This document shows positions 7,616-17,893 of a stretch of DNA of 64,000 bases, one piece after another. The notes below the pieces were generated by a model. It was not told where the DNA came from. It saw only the letters and a list, made by a program, of their open reading frames with translations, and did not search any database. Each line of letters opens with the position of its first letter. Position 1 is the first letter of the stretch. The position numbers and the translations under genes are program-made. This DNA is from Candidatus Micrarchaeota archaeon (lineage in GTDB: Archaea; Micrarchaeota; Micrarchaeia; Anstonellales; Bilamarchaeaceae). The DNA lies in assembly GCA_040754495.1 (NCBI GenBank), contig JBFMCO010000022.1, positions 1 through 64,000 on the forward strand. The letters run 5' to 3'.

Positions 7616-10354
7616 TTAAAGCTTCACTGCCGCCGCCTTCTGCGCCTTGCCTTGGGCGATGCGGTCGCTCCCGCCGCCCGAGCCGCCAAGCTCCTTCAGG
7701 ACCTTCTCGAGCAGGGATTTCGCGCTCACCCCGGATTCGATGCCGGCCGCGCAGACAAGCGTGCCGTTCTTGTTTATCAGGCAGGCCGAGGCCTTCTCGC
7801 TCTCCGCGACCTTGAGCGCGAGCTTCCTGAGCGAGGCCTCGTCAAGGTCCAGCATCTTCATGACCGGCTGGCCGCGGTGGCCCTCCATTATCTCCCTCGC
7901 CTCCTCCTTCACGAGCAGGTCGCCGAGCGCCTCGATTTTCTTCCTCTGCGCCTTCCACTCGCCAAAGAAGCGCTCTGACGTGCGGACAAGCTCGCCATCG
8001 GAAACGCTGAACACGCCGGCCGCGTCGCGCAGCATCCTCTCGCGCTCCTGCATGTAGGCCATTGCGACATGGCCGCACTTGTATATTATGCGCTCTATGC
8101 CGTCCTGGATGCTCTCGCGCTTCACGATTTTGAAGCAGCCGATTTCGCCTGTGCGCCTGTGCATGGTGTGCGTGCCGCCGCACGCCTCGCTGTCCACGTC
8201 TCCCATGCTGACGATGCGGAGCTCCTTGCCCGGCACTGCGCCGCCCTGGTATATCGTGAATCCGTATTTCGACTCCGCGGTGTTCCTCGGAAGGACGTGC
8301 GTCGCGATTTCCATGTCGGCCATTATGTATTCGTTGACCTTCTGCTCGATGGCGGCGAGCTCCTCGTGCGTTATCTTCCGGTAGTGCGTTATGTCCAGGT
8401 GAGCCTTGTCCGCATCCTTGTGCGAGCCGCCCTGCCACACGTGCGGCCCGAGGACCGAGCGGCATGCAGCGTTCAGCAGGTGCGCTGCGCTGTGGTGGCG
8501 GGCAATCGTCTTGCGCCTCTCCAAATCAACTACGCCCTCGACTTCCCTGCCGACCTTGAAGTGCGAGACGTCCTCGACCTCGTGCAGGGCGACCCCGGCC
8601 TGCTTCGAGACGTTCAGGACGCGGGACTGGGAACCGGAAACCGCCAGGGTGCCGGTATCAGACACCTGCCCGCCGCCCTCCGGATAGAACGCGGTCTGGT
8701 CGAGCACCACGTATTTCCCGTGCACGATTGCCAGCACTTTCGCGCCGAACCTGCTTTCGAGGCTGTAATAGAGCGGCTTTGTCTTCTCCAAGGTTGCTAT
8801 GTCCGAGAACAGCACCTTCACTGCCGGCGCCTGCTCAGGAGATGCCTCCTCGCCTTCCCCGGCGCGCACCTGCGCGTAGAAATTGCCGGGCATCTCCACG
8901 TCCACTTCGTTCTCGGCCGCGACCTCGGCCACCGCCTCGGGAGGGATGCCGTGGCTCCGGTAAAGCGTGAAGAGCTCCTCCCTGCCTATCGTCCCCCCGC
9001 CCACGCGGTCCTTGTTGCTGACGTTGGGCTTCGTCCCCTTCGCCTTCTTCACTATGTTGAGCACCATGCTCCCTGCCTTCTCGCGGGTTGCCCGGTACCT
9101 CTTCTTCTCCTCGTCTATGACGTCGATGGTGGTTTCCACGCCGTCGTGCAGGTGCGGGAACATGTATTCAAGGAAGTCCGCGTGCCCCTGGATGATCTTG
9201 CCGTAATCGAGCGAGTAGCCGAAGCGCTCCTCGAACCCGAACACCCTGCGCAGGACCATCCTGAGGTTGTAGCCGCCGCCGGAGTTGCTCGGCAGCATGC
9301 CGTCCGTAACCGTGAAGAGCAGGGTGCAGAGGTGGTCGGCCGAAGCGTAAAGCGCCTGGAGCGGCTCCAGCGTCTGGAACAATTCCTTCTTGCTCACGCC
9401 GAGCATCTGCGCTATGCGCTCCTTTTCCTTCTCCAAATCAGGAACCTCGTCCTCGTTCAGGCTGCCTGAAATCTTTGCAAAGCGCACGAAGAGGTCCTTG
9501 TCTATGCTGACTCCGGCCTCGCGCTTCATCTCCTCGATGACAGGGCCGAATACCACCTCGTAGCTCGTCGGCTCGCCCGAGGTTATCCATGCAAGGCGCG
9601 ATAAGCCCGCGCCCATGTCTATGACTTTCGTGCGCAGCTCCTTGGGCCCGGACGGAGTGACCTCGTACTGCATGAAGACGCAGTTGCCAAGCTCCAGGCC
9701 GCGGCAGAAATACTCTATGCAGGGGCCGAAGTTGCCTCCGCCGGCCCACACGTCCTCCTGGAATATGATTTCGTCCTCCGGGATGCCTAGAGCGGACAGG
9801 TAGTTGAGGTCGTGGGTGAGGGCCTGCTCCTTCCAGTAGAAGTTGCCGGTCTTTGCCGTGTTGAAGGCGTGCTGGCCAATCATCACGAAATTCGTGTAGT
9901 GCCTCCCGCTCACGCCAACATTGCTGATGTCGCTGAAGCGGATGCACGGCTGCGGCACGATGAGGGGGTTGAAGGGCGGCTCGAGCTCGCCATTGACCAC
10001 GTAGGGCTGGAAGTCGTTTATCGAGGCTATCGTGAAATAGAGGTCGTCCCTCCAGCGGGCGACCGTCGGGTAGGGCTTCACGTAGCCGTGCCCGCTCTGT
10101 ATGAAATAGCGCTCTATGGCCTTCCACGTGTCTATGTAGCCAAGCTTCCTCTTGACGGGCGTGGAGCCGATGAACTGGTAGCCGATGCACGAGGGGTCCC
10201 CGCACATCGAGCGCTTCTCCTTGGCCCAGAACATCCTGGAGCACTTTCCGCACTGCTGGCGCACGAAGCCGCGGTCGTGGAGGACCTTAATCCTGTAGTG
10301 CTTCTCCCACTCGGCTGCAAACTGCTTTCTGAGAGCGTTCTTGTCAACGTCCAT
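7616..10354 (-). CDS. alaS: Alanine--tRNA ligase (archaeal type)
   Basis: RWRDDLYFTIASINDFQP, WAGGGNFGP, IDMGAGL, editing HSAAH...CGGTH, C-terminal DHHA1 GGSGGG. Confidence 0.97.
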   Translation of the reverse strand: MDVDKNALRKQFAAEWEKHYRIKVLHDRGFVRQQCGKCSRMFWAKEKRSMCGDPSCIGYQFIGSTPVKRKLGYIDTWKAIERYFIQSGHGYVKPYPTVARWRDDLYFTIASINDFQPYVVNGELEPPFNPLIVPQPCIRFSDISNVGVSGRHYTNFVMIGQHAFNTAKTGNFYWKEQALTHDLNYLSALGIPEDEIIFQEDVWAGGGNFGPCIEYFCRGLELGNCVFMQYEVTPSGPKELRTKVIDMGAGLSRLAWITSGEPTSYEVVFGPVIEEMKREAGVSIDKDLFVRFAKISGSLNEDEVPDLEKEKERIAQMLGVSKKELFQTLEPLQALYASADHLCTLLFTVTDGMLPSNSGGGYNLRMVLRRVFGFEERFGYSLDYGKIIQGHADFLEYMFPHLHDGVETTIDVIDEEKKRYRATREKAGSMVLNIVKKAKGTKPNVSNKDRVGGGTIGREELFTLYRSHGIPPEAVAEVAAENEVDVEMPGNFYAQVRAGEGEEASPEQAPAVKVLFSDIATLEKTKPLYYSLESRFGAKVLAIVHGKYVVLDQTAFYPEGGGQVSDTGTLAVSGSQSRVLNVSKQAGVALHEVEDVSHFKVGREVEGVVDLERRKTIARHHSAAHLLNAACRSVLGPHVWQGGSHKDADKAHLDITHYRKITHEELAAIEQKVNEYIMADMEIATHVLPRNTAESKYGFTIYQGGAVPGKELRIVSMGDVDSEACGGTHTMHRRTGEIGCFKIVKRESIQDGIERIIYKCGHVAMAYMQERERMLRDAAGVFSVSDGELVRTSERFFGEWKAQRKKIEALGDLLVKEEAREIMEGHRGQPVMKMLDLDEASLRKLALKVAESEKASACLINKNGTLVCAAGIESGVSAKSLLEKVLKELGGSGGGSDRIAQGKAQKAAAVKL

Positions 10355-10396
10355 GAGACCTACCTGAAGAGTAGGAATAATAGGCCGGATAGGGTT

Positions 10397-11401
10397 TTAA
10401 CGGTAGCGAATGCCGGGCTGCGGCTGCCGGGATTTTCCGGCGCCGGGGCCGGCCGGCGTGTACCTGAACTTTATCAGCTCCGCGTACATGAAGAAGTCGT
10501 AGTCGCTCATAATGTCGTCGAACTTCAGCCGGATTTCGTCGAGTATGGAATAGAACTGCGGGGTGTTCCTCGCATAGACCTCGAACTCCACGTCCGCCCA
10601 GCCGATCGTCTTGACCAGGCAGAAGATGTCCTCGTGCTCCTTCGCGAAGCGCCGCATCTTCTCGTAGCCCGCTGCGTCCTTCAAATTGAAGTCAATCTTG
10701 TAGAGCGTGTATCCCAGCATCTCCATGTCGAGCATGGGCCTGAAGCCGAGCACGATGCGGTCCTTCATGAGCTGCCTGAGGCGGTATTGCACCCCGGCCG
10801 GAGTCAGGCCGAGGCTTTTGGCCATCTCGAGGAGTGGCATCCTCGCGTTCGCTGAAAGGAGCTGGAGCAGCCGCGAGTCCGTGGCGTCTATTTCCGCGGC
10901 CTCCCCGACATGCACCTCGTCCACGTTCGCGCGGTTCTTCAGGTGCCTCTTGGCAAAGGGCAGGCGGTATCTCTCGAGCCCGCTGGATATGCCGACGTGC
11001 GACTTCGAGATGTACGGGCGGTAGATTGCGATGAACGCGTTGTACTGCTCGACGAACTCCTTCTGCGTCCTGACCAGGAAGACCACGCCGATGTTGTACG
11101 TGCCCTTGATGAGCCCGACCCAGCGCGTCTGCTTGAGGGCGGCAAGGTAGTCGATTATCTCCCTTTCCTTCTTCGGGCTCGCATGCCGCAGCTTCAGGTA
11201 GATGCGGTAGGACGAGTAGCCGAGGCGGTAGGAGTCGATGACGGCGTAGTAGTATTTTATCACTCCGGATTTCTCGAGCCTTCTTATCCGGTATCCCACC
11301 ACGCTTTTCGGGACGCCGGTCCGCCTCGCGATTTGGGAATTGCTCTGCCGGGCGTTGTTGTCCAGCTCGGATATTATTTTTTCGTCAATAGTATCGAGCA
11401 T
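10397..11401 (-). CDS. Lrp/AsnC-family regulator with duplicated wHTH+RAM units
   Basis: LDTIDEKIISELDNNARQS and IDATDSRLLQLLSANARMP HTH starts. Confidence 0.85.
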   Translation of the reverse strand: MLDTIDEKIISELDNNARQSNSQIARRTGVPKSVVGYRIRRLEKSGVIKYYYAVIDSYRLGYSSYRIYLKLRHASPKKEREIIDYLAALKQTRWVGLIKGTYNIGVVFLVRTQKEFVEQYNAFIAIYRPYISKSHVGISSGLERYRLPFAKRHLKNRANVDEVHVGEAAEIDATDSRLLQLLSANARMPLLEMAKSLGLTPAGVQYRLRQLMKDRIVLGFRPMLDMEMLGYTLYKIDFNLKDAAGYEKMRRFAKEHEDIFCLVKTIGWADVEFEVYARNTPQFYSILDEIRLKFDDIMSDYDFFMYAELIKFRYTPAGPGAGKSRQPQPGIRYR

Positions 11402-11458
11402 ATGTTGTTCATTATTTAACCAAGATTAAATATTTTTGCATTTTGGCCAATTTCCCTG

Positions 11459-12988
11459 ATGGAGAATATAAATAGACGGCCCGGTGGAGCCTCCACAATC
11501 ATGAGGGATAGCATGACTGTTCTAAGAGGAGGCAATCTGGCTGAGCGCAGGCACGTGGAATTGTCTAGGGAGCCGTACCGGGCGGTGCAGAAAACCCCGT
11601 CGCCGGTGAACCTCTACCCCAGGCTCGCGAACGAATGGCAGAAACGCCTCATAGCAGAGGGCAGGTGGAGGCAGGAGGACTTCGTGCAGGCCGGCCTCGG
11701 GGACGGGACGCAGCGCCTTCCGGAAAGCGTGACCGGAGCCTGCGGCAGCACGCTGAGGAGGCTCGGGCACTCCACCTACACCCCCATACTAGGGGAGCAG
11801 GGGGCCAGGCAGTTCTTTTCGGAGAGGATAACGAGGAAGGGCGGCGTGAAGGTCGGGCCTTCGAACGTCTTCCTCGTCGGCGGAAGCAGGGGAGCTGTGG
11901 ACGACTTCTTCCACGTAGCCGCGAACGCAATGGCGCCGGAGGACGTCTTCTTCACGCAGACACCGACATGGGCGACATACAAGGAGAACGCGTGGCGCGT
12001 CGGGCGGACTCTTTTGACAGCGGACCTGGAGCAGGACCCGCGGAGCGCGTACAAGCCGATGACCGCGGAGTCGCTGGCTTCTGCGCTGGAGAGGCACCCG
12101 GAAATCGGGTGCGTGGTCATAGTGGACCCCCACAACCCGACGGGGTTCATACTTTCCGAGGCCGAGGCAATCAGGATGGCAAGGGTGCTCGCGAACTGGC
12201 ACGGCTTCGTCCTGCAGGACTCGACCTATGCGGACGTCACGTACGGGCAGCAGCACGTCAGCCTCCTTTCGGCCGCGGAGCACCTGAGCGGAGCGGAAAG
12301 GAAAAGCCTGCTGGGGCGGCTCGGCATCATACACGGAACACAGAAGCTCTCCCTTTCGGGCGAGCGGATTGCCCTGGTGGTCATAGCGGATGCCGCCCTC
12401 GCAGGCGCATACGAGGCCCAGATGACCGCGGGCAGGGGCGCGGCAAGCAGGGCGGCGCAGGAGACCGCGGTGGCGCTGTATTCCGACGAAGAGGCCATCG
12501 CCGGCATGGTGGCTGAGCTCCAGAAGAGGAGGGTCGAGCTGTCCCTTGTGCGGATGAGGACCAACGAGCTCTTCAGGGCCAGGTTCATATCGGCGCTCGG
12601 CAACGGGCAGGCAGTGGTTCCGGACGTCATGGCCGCCTCAACGGTCTGCGACGTGCATGCAGACCCGAAGGTGCCGGGCGGAGGGTTCTACAGCGTCGAG
12701 CGCTTCGGCAGGTTCGTCGCGGACGTCATACCGCCTGCGCTCAGGGGACCCGGGGGCGGGCTGAAGGAGGACAGCCTGATGCGGTTCCTGCTCGAGGAGG
12801 CCGCAATCGTCACCCAGCCCTCATCCGCCATGCTCTCCGGGAACGGGCTCGAATTGAGGGTGTCGTTCGGGGCCGCGGACGCGGAGTCCCTACGGCGCAT
12901 ACCGGGAAGAATCGTCGATGCGCTGATGAGGAACATCCGGCCCGAGGAGTTCGTCAAATCGGTCGCGCGGCAGTACGGATACGCGTGA
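11459..12988 (+). CDS. PLP-dependent aminotransferase class I/II (divergent)
   Basis: DPHNPTG, DSTY, GTQKLSLSGERI (PLP lysine) and LRVSFG motifs. Confidence 0.8.
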   Translation: MENINRRPGGASTIMRDSMTVLRGGNLAERRHVELSREPYRAVQKTPSPVNLYPRLANEWQKRLIAEGRWRQEDFVQAGLGDGTQRLPESVTGACGSTLRRLGHSTYTPILGEQGARQFFSERITRKGGVKVGPSNVFLVGGSRGAVDDFFHVAANAMAPEDVFFTQTPTWATYKENAWRVGRTLLTADLEQDPRSAYKPMTAESLASALERHPEIGCVVIVDPHNPTGFILSEAEAIRMARVLANWHGFVLQDSTYADVTYGQQHVSLLSAAEHLSGAERKSLLGRLGIIHGTQKLSLSGERIALVVIADAALAGAYEAQMTAGRGAASRAAQETAVALYSDEEAIAGMVAELQKRRVELSLVRMRTNELFRARFISALGNGQAVVPDVMAASTVCDVHADPKVPGGGFYSVERFGRFVADVIPPALRGPGGGLKEDSLMRFLLEEAAIVTQPSSAMLSGNGLELRVSFGAADAESLRRIPGRIVDALMRNIRPEEFVKSVARQYGYA

Positions 12989-13065
12989 GCCCCCCTGCCG
13001 CGGCTGATGCATCGGCGTCAGTCCGGCAGGATATATTTTAATTTGCAGCGGCCGAAAGGGGAGCA

Positions 13066-14112
13066 ATGCGCCCAATCGACCTCCTGCTCCTTTTCATACC
13101 GGCCACGCTCGCGCTCAATTTCATAGGGGCGGACAGCACGCTGCTCTTCGCATTTTCGCTTCTCGCCATACTCCCGCTTGCGGCCAAGATGGGCGAGGCG
13201 ACCGAGGAGCTTGCCAAGATATTCGGCGGGCACATAGGCGGGCTGCTTAACGCGACCTTCGGTAACGCGGCCGAGCTGATAATCGCCCTGCTCGCCATCA
13301 ACCGCGGGCTCGAGGACCTTGTCAAGGCGTCCATAGCCGGCAGCATAATGGGGAACCTCCTCTTCGTGCTCGGGCTTAGCCTCTTCATCGGGGGCCTCAA
13401 GTACAAGGAGCAGAAGTTCTCCGCGCACCTCGGCAGCATGAACTCGACGATGCTCATGATAGCGATGATGAGCCTGATGGTGCCGAGCATGTTCCATTTC
13501 CTCCCGGCCGAGCACAGGGGGGATGACGAGAGGGCGCTCAGCCTGAGCGTGGCGGTGCTCCTGATAATACTTTATGTGCTCAGCATGGTGTTCTCGCTCA
13601 AGACTCACGAGTACCTCTTCAGGGGCAAGGAGAACCATGGCGAGAAGCCCAAGTGGAGCAGGAACTTCGCCATAGGCGTCCTGGCCCTCTCCACGATAGC
13701 CCTGGGGGTCGTGTCCGAGGTGTTCGTGGGCCAGGTGGAGAATGTGGCGAAGGATTTCGGGCTCACCGAGCTGTTCATAGGCGCCATAGTGGTGGCGGTG
13801 ATAGGCAACGCGGCCGAGCACATAGCCGCGGTGTTCTTCGCCCTCAAGAACGACCTCGACCTGGCCGTGAACGTAACAGTCGGCTCCAGCCTGCAGATAG
13901 CGCTGTTCGTAGCCCCCATCGCGGTGCTTGCCGGCTTTTTCATGGGAAAGCCGATGGACCTCGTATTCACGCCGTTCGAGCTCATCGCCGTCTTCGCGAG
14001 CGTGCTGATTGTGAACGAGATAACCACCGACGGCAGGTTCAACTGGTTCGAAGGGGCGCAGCTCGTGATAATGTACCTGATCCTGGCGGTGCTGTTCTTC
14101 TTCGTCAGGTGA
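13066..14112 (+). CDS. cax: Calcium/proton exchanger
   Basis: Alpha repeats GLLNATFGNAAEL and GNAAEH, GSSLQIALF. Confidence 0.93.
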   Translation: MRPIDLLLLFIPATLALNFIGADSTLLFAFSLLAILPLAAKMGEATEELAKIFGGHIGGLLNATFGNAAELIIALLAINRGLEDLVKASIAGSIMGNLLFVLGLSLFIGGLKYKEQKFSAHLGSMNSTMLMIAMMSLMVPSMFHFLPAEHRGDDERALSLSVAVLLIILYVLSMVFSLKTHEYLFRGKENHGEKPKWSRNFAIGVLALSTIALGVVSEVFVGQVENVAKDFGLTELFIGAIVVAVIGNAAEHIAAVFFALKNDLDLAVNVTVGSSLQIALFVAPIAVLAGFFMGKPMDLVFTPFELIAVFASVLIVNEITTDGRFNWFEGAQLVIMYLILAVLFFFVR

Positions 14113-14808
14113 CTATTCAATCCGGAAGGAGAGCAGGAAGTTGTCCCGCAGCTCCCTCGCCTTCCCGGGGTCGAGGGCGATTATGCGGACCTTGACATGC
14201 AATGAGCGCTCGGGCACGTAGATGCTGAGCGCGTAGCCGGTATAGGTCTTCGAGCTGTTGTCCCCGAAGCTTATCCTGAATGGCATCTCCGCGACCGCCC
14301 CGTCGCGCGCCACTGAGAATGTCGAGACGTTCCCCGCCTCCTGCGCCTTGCTTAGGAGGCCGCCCATGTTGCCATCGCTTTTCCTGTCGGAGAGGAGCAG
14401 GTCGGATGCGGCCTTCGTAGGGTTGTCCTGGAAAATCTCGTCCTCCCTCCCGAAAGCCGCGCTCGTATTGACATAGGCGACTATGAGGAGCTCCCCGGTC
14501 TGGCCGTCAAGGTCGTGTGTGCCTGCGAAAACCCCGTAGCCGCCCGGGCTTCCGGACTCCTGCGTCTCCATGTTCCTGGCGTATTCGAAGCTGAACTGGC
14601 CGGCATCGTAGCGCTCCCAATAGGACGGGGGCGGCGCGGTCTGGTTTGTCTGGTTTTGGGTTCCGGTCTGGTTTGTTTCGTTTGTGGTGGCATTAGGCTC
14701 GGGCGGTGGCGGAGTCACATCCGTGCCGTTCGTGGCGTTCGTCCCCCGCTCGCCCAGGCTGATGCAGCCAATGAGAAGCAGCGGCACAAGGAGCAAAGCG
14801 AGCCTCAT
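14113..14808 (-). CDS. Lipoprotein-like exported protein with N/T/Q-rich stalk
   Basis: MRLALLLVPLLLIGC signal, several N-x-T sequons, globular C-terminal domain. Confidence 0.7.
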   Translation of the reverse strand: MRLALLLVPLLLIGCISLGERGTNATNGTDVTPPPPEPNATTNETNQTGTQNQTNQTAPPPSYWERYDAGQFSFEYARNMETQESGSPGGYGVFAGTHDLDGQTGELLIVAYVNTSAAFGREDEIFQDNPTKAASDLLLSDRKSDGNMGGLLSKAQEAGNVSTFSVARDGAVAEMPFRISFGDNSSKTYTGYALSIYVPERSLHVKVRIIALDPGKARELRDNFLLSFRIE

Positions 14809-15236
14809 CCCATCATCTCCGCCCGGGCCGACTCGATGAATATGGAGGCGGCCGAAAGCGCGTCGGTTGCTTCTTGCTCGCCAGCTTTCTTAAGCTTTCC
14901 TAACGCGCTCAGTATCATGTTGTACAGCCCCGGGCTGTCCTCGATGGGTATGGATTCGAGGCGCTCCCATTCATCCAGGGGGAATGAGCCGGGATACCTC
15001 CATGCAAGGTAGGAGGATGCGGATTCAAGGGTGGGGCAGACGCAGCCGTCTCGGAAAAGCAGCGCGGACGATGCCAGCCTCATCGCGTTCCGGGAAAGCT
15101 CGAGGGCGGCAGTGTAGTCCCTCCGGGAGAACCGCACCCTGGCCTCGCCGAGCGATTCCGCGGCCAGCTGGAGGGCGAGAATGGCGCTTGCGGTATCGGG
15201 CTCGCGCCTGATTAAGTCCAGGCCCTCGTCATCCAT
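14805..15236 (-). CDS. HEPN-domain protein
   Basis: All-helical, AAESLGEARVRF...YTAALELSRNAMRLASSALL and DALSAASIFIE HEPN-like pattern. Confidence 0.65.
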   Translation of the reverse strand: MDDEGLDLIRREPDTASAILALQLAAESLGEARVRFSRRDYTAALELSRNAMRLASSALLFRDGCVCPTLESASSYLAWRYPGSFPLDEWERLESIPIEDSPGLYNMILSALGKLKKAGEQEATDALSAASIFIESARAEMMG

Positions 15237-15287
15237 ATCACCGTATCCGTAAAAAGCGATTTAAAACCGCGCCTATATAGGTGCTTC

Positions 15288-16805
15288 ATGCAATTGCATG
15301 AGAGGGTAATAGAGTTGGCCCTGAAAAGGTCGTTCTTCTTCCCCGCCAACGAGCCGTACGGGGGCACTGGCGGGTTCTACGAGTACGGGCCTGTGGGCGT
15401 GCTCATCAAGCACAAGATTGAGTCGCTCTGGCGCGACATGTTCATAAAGGGCGAGGGGTTCCACGAGGTCGAGACCAGCATCGTTACGCCAGAGGCCGTG
15501 CTCGTCGCATCAGGGCATGTCTCGAGCTTCGCGGACCCGGTCGTCGAGTGCGAAGAATGCAAGACGCGCGTCCGGGCCGACACGCTGGCCGAGGAGAAGC
15601 ACTACAATCTTCACGGAGAAAAATGGGACGGGAAACTCGAGACCCTGGACCAGGTCATAAGCTCCAAGGCCATCAAGTGCCCGAGGTGCGGCGGCGGGTT
15701 CGGGAAGGCTCACATGTTCAACCTCATGTTCCAGACAGGGATAGGCGGCGAAAGGGCGGCCGCGTATGCAAGGCCCGAGACCGCGCAGGGCATCTTCACC
15801 GCGTTCCCGAGGATATTCCGCAACCACGGCACGAAGCTGCCCCTTGCGGTCGGGCAGGTGGGGAGGAGCTTCCGCAACGAGATATCCCCGAGGAAGGGGC
15901 TCGTGCGGATGAGGGAGTTCACGCAGATGGAGCTGGAGTATTTCTTCAACCCCTCCGAGCCCGGATTTTCCGGCTTCGGAAGCCAGTCCGGCTACAGGAT
16001 GACTATGAAGATAGACGACAGGCTGGTCGAGATGAGCGCGGCCGAGCTCGTGGAGAAGGGAGTGGCCTCGAACCAGATTATGGCGTATTTCCTCGCCCGG
16101 GAGTGGGAGTTCTACAGGAGGGTCGGCATCGACGCGAAAAGGATGTATCTCAGGGTGCTCGATGGGAACGAGATACCGCACTATTCCAAGGGCAACATAG
16201 ACATGGAGGTCGAGACCTCTTTCGGCAGCATCGAGACCATCGGCAACGCCTACCGCACGGATTTCGACCTCTCGCAGCACTCGAAGCACAGCGGCTCGGA
16301 CCTGAGCGTATTCGTAGAGGCCGAGAAGAAGAAGGTCATGCCGCACGTCTTCGAGCTCTCGATGGGCGTGGACAGGCTGTTCTACTGCCTGCTCGAGCAC
16401 TGCTTCAGGGACAAGGACGTGAAGGACGATGCAGGTAACTGGAGGCTGGGGACTGGCAAGGAATGGGAATGGTTCGACTTCCCCCCGGTTATCGCGCCTT
16501 ACCATGTGGCGGTGTATCCGCTCATGCCCAAAGACGGTCTTGATGCGAAGGCGGAGGAGGTGGCCTCGATTCTACGCTCCGCAGGCCTGGATGTGGCTTA
16601 CCGGGACACCGGCAGCATCGGAAGGAGATACGCCCGGGGCGACGAGATAGGCATCCCGTATGCCCTCACCATCGACTATGACACGCAGAGCGACGGCACA
16701 ATCACGATAAGGTACAGGAACGACGGCAAGCAGGAAAGGATTAAAATAGACGGATGCGCAACGAAGATAGCCGAGCTTATCCGGATGGGGAAGGTGGCTC
16801 TATGA
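15288..16805 (+). CDS. glyS: Glycine--tRNA ligase (alpha2 type)
   Basis: YEYGPVG, LMFQT, RPETAQGIF, FRNEISPR, REFTQMELE, anticodon domain GSIGRRYARGDEIG. Confidence 0.96.
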   Translation: MQLHERVIELALKRSFFFPANEPYGGTGGFYEYGPVGVLIKHKIESLWRDMFIKGEGFHEVETSIVTPEAVLVASGHVSSFADPVVECEECKTRVRADTLAEEKHYNLHGEKWDGKLETLDQVISSKAIKCPRCGGGFGKAHMFNLMFQTGIGGERAAAYARPETAQGIFTAFPRIFRNHGTKLPLAVGQVGRSFRNEISPRKGLVRMREFTQMELEYFFNPSEPGFSGFGSQSGYRMTMKIDDRLVEMSAAELVEKGVASNQIMAYFLAREWEFYRRVGIDAKRMYLRVLDGNEIPHYSKGNIDMEVETSFGSIETIGNAYRTDFDLSQHSKHSGSDLSVFVEAEKKKVMPHVFELSMGVDRLFYCLLEHCFRDKDVKDDAGNWRLGTGKEWEWFDFPPVIAPYHVAVYPLMPKDGLDAKAEEVASILRSAGLDVAYRDTGSIGRRYARGDEIGIPYALTIDYDTQSDGTITIRYRNDGKQERIKIDGCATKIAELIRMGKVAL

Positions 16806-17824
16806 GAATCATCGCGTTACTGCTTGCGGCGCTTCTGCTGCTCGGATGCACGGACGGAGGGCGGCAGCCCCCGGCCCAGAACCAGACGAACCAGACAGAG
16901 GAGAAACCCCCCGTCAATATAATAGTGGAGGAGCAGAAGAACCAGACGACCGAGAAGAACGAGACCGAAGTCCCTGTGGAGCCTCCCGGGGAGGAGCCGG
17001 AGGGGCTCCAGTACGAGAGCACGCCTGATGCGAACCTCGGCGTCTTCTTCATAGATGTGGGGGCCCCCGGCCTGCACGGAGATGCGATTCTGCTGAAGAA
17101 GGGAGACCTCGACGTCCTCGTGGACGCCGGCCCGCCCGAGAAATCCGGGAAGGTCGTGGATTTCCTGCATGAGCACGGCGTCGATGATATCGAGGTCCTC
17201 GTATCCACCAACGGCGACCCGCGCCATTACGGCGGGATGGACGCCGTGGCTGAAGCATTCACGATAGAGGAATTCTGGTGGGCCAACTACACTCTCGACG
17301 ACCCGGCATATGAGGCCGTTGCGGAGCGTATGAGCGGAAAGGCCCGCTACGTGAAGGAGGTCGAGGAAGGGTTCGGCGCGGAGCTGAACGGCATAAACTT
17401 CACTGCCCTCAACCCGCCGAAGGAGGACCGGTTCGACGACGTGAACAACGATGCGATAGTGATGAGGGTGGTCGACAGGAACTTCTCCCTCCTCCTGACA
17501 TCAGGCATCCAGACCGGCGCGCAGGGCAGGCTCACCAACGAGAGGAAGAGTGAGATACAGACGGAGATAATACAGGCGCCTTATTACGGCGTCGGCTCCG
17601 GCACGAGCAACATAGGGCTGTTCCTCATCACCGCGAAGCCCAAGATGATGGTGATAAGCGGAAGCAGCGACGAGTCGGCCGCGAACGGCGGCTCCAGGGA
17701 CCCGTACAAGAGGCTCATGACGCAGTACAACATATCGTGGCGGGAGAACTACGTGAACGGCACGATAAGGGTCACCTACGACGGGGAGGCTTACTCGCTG
17801 CAGGCGCTCGGAGCGGGGCAGTAG
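16802..17824 (+). CDS. Lipoprotein with ComEC/Rec2-like metallo-beta-lactamase fold (metal ligands degenerate)
   Basis: LLLLGC signal; FIDVG...GDAIL, VLVDAG, NNDAIV motifs; HxHxDH is replaced by NGDPRH. Confidence 0.75.
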   Translation: MRIIALLLAALLLLGCTDGGRQPPAQNQTNQTEEKPPVNIIVEEQKNQTTEKNETEVPVEPPGEEPEGLQYESTPDANLGVFFIDVGAPGLHGDAILLKKGDLDVLVDAGPPEKSGKVVDFLHEHGVDDIEVLVSTNGDPRHYGGMDAVAEAFTIEEFWWANYTLDDPAYEAVAERMSGKARYVKEVEEGFGAELNGINFTALNPPKEDRFDDVNNDAIVMRVVDRNFSLLLTSGIQTGAQGRLTNERKSEIQTEIIQAPYYGVGSGTSNIGLFLITAKPKMMVISGSSDESAANGGSRDPYKRLMTQYNISWRENYVNGTIRVTYDGEAYSLQALGAGQ

Positions 17825-17893
17825 AGCCCGCTGGGTTTCCGCGGAAACATTCCGTCTTGGTTCTAATAAAGGCCATCTCGCGGTAATCGGAAC

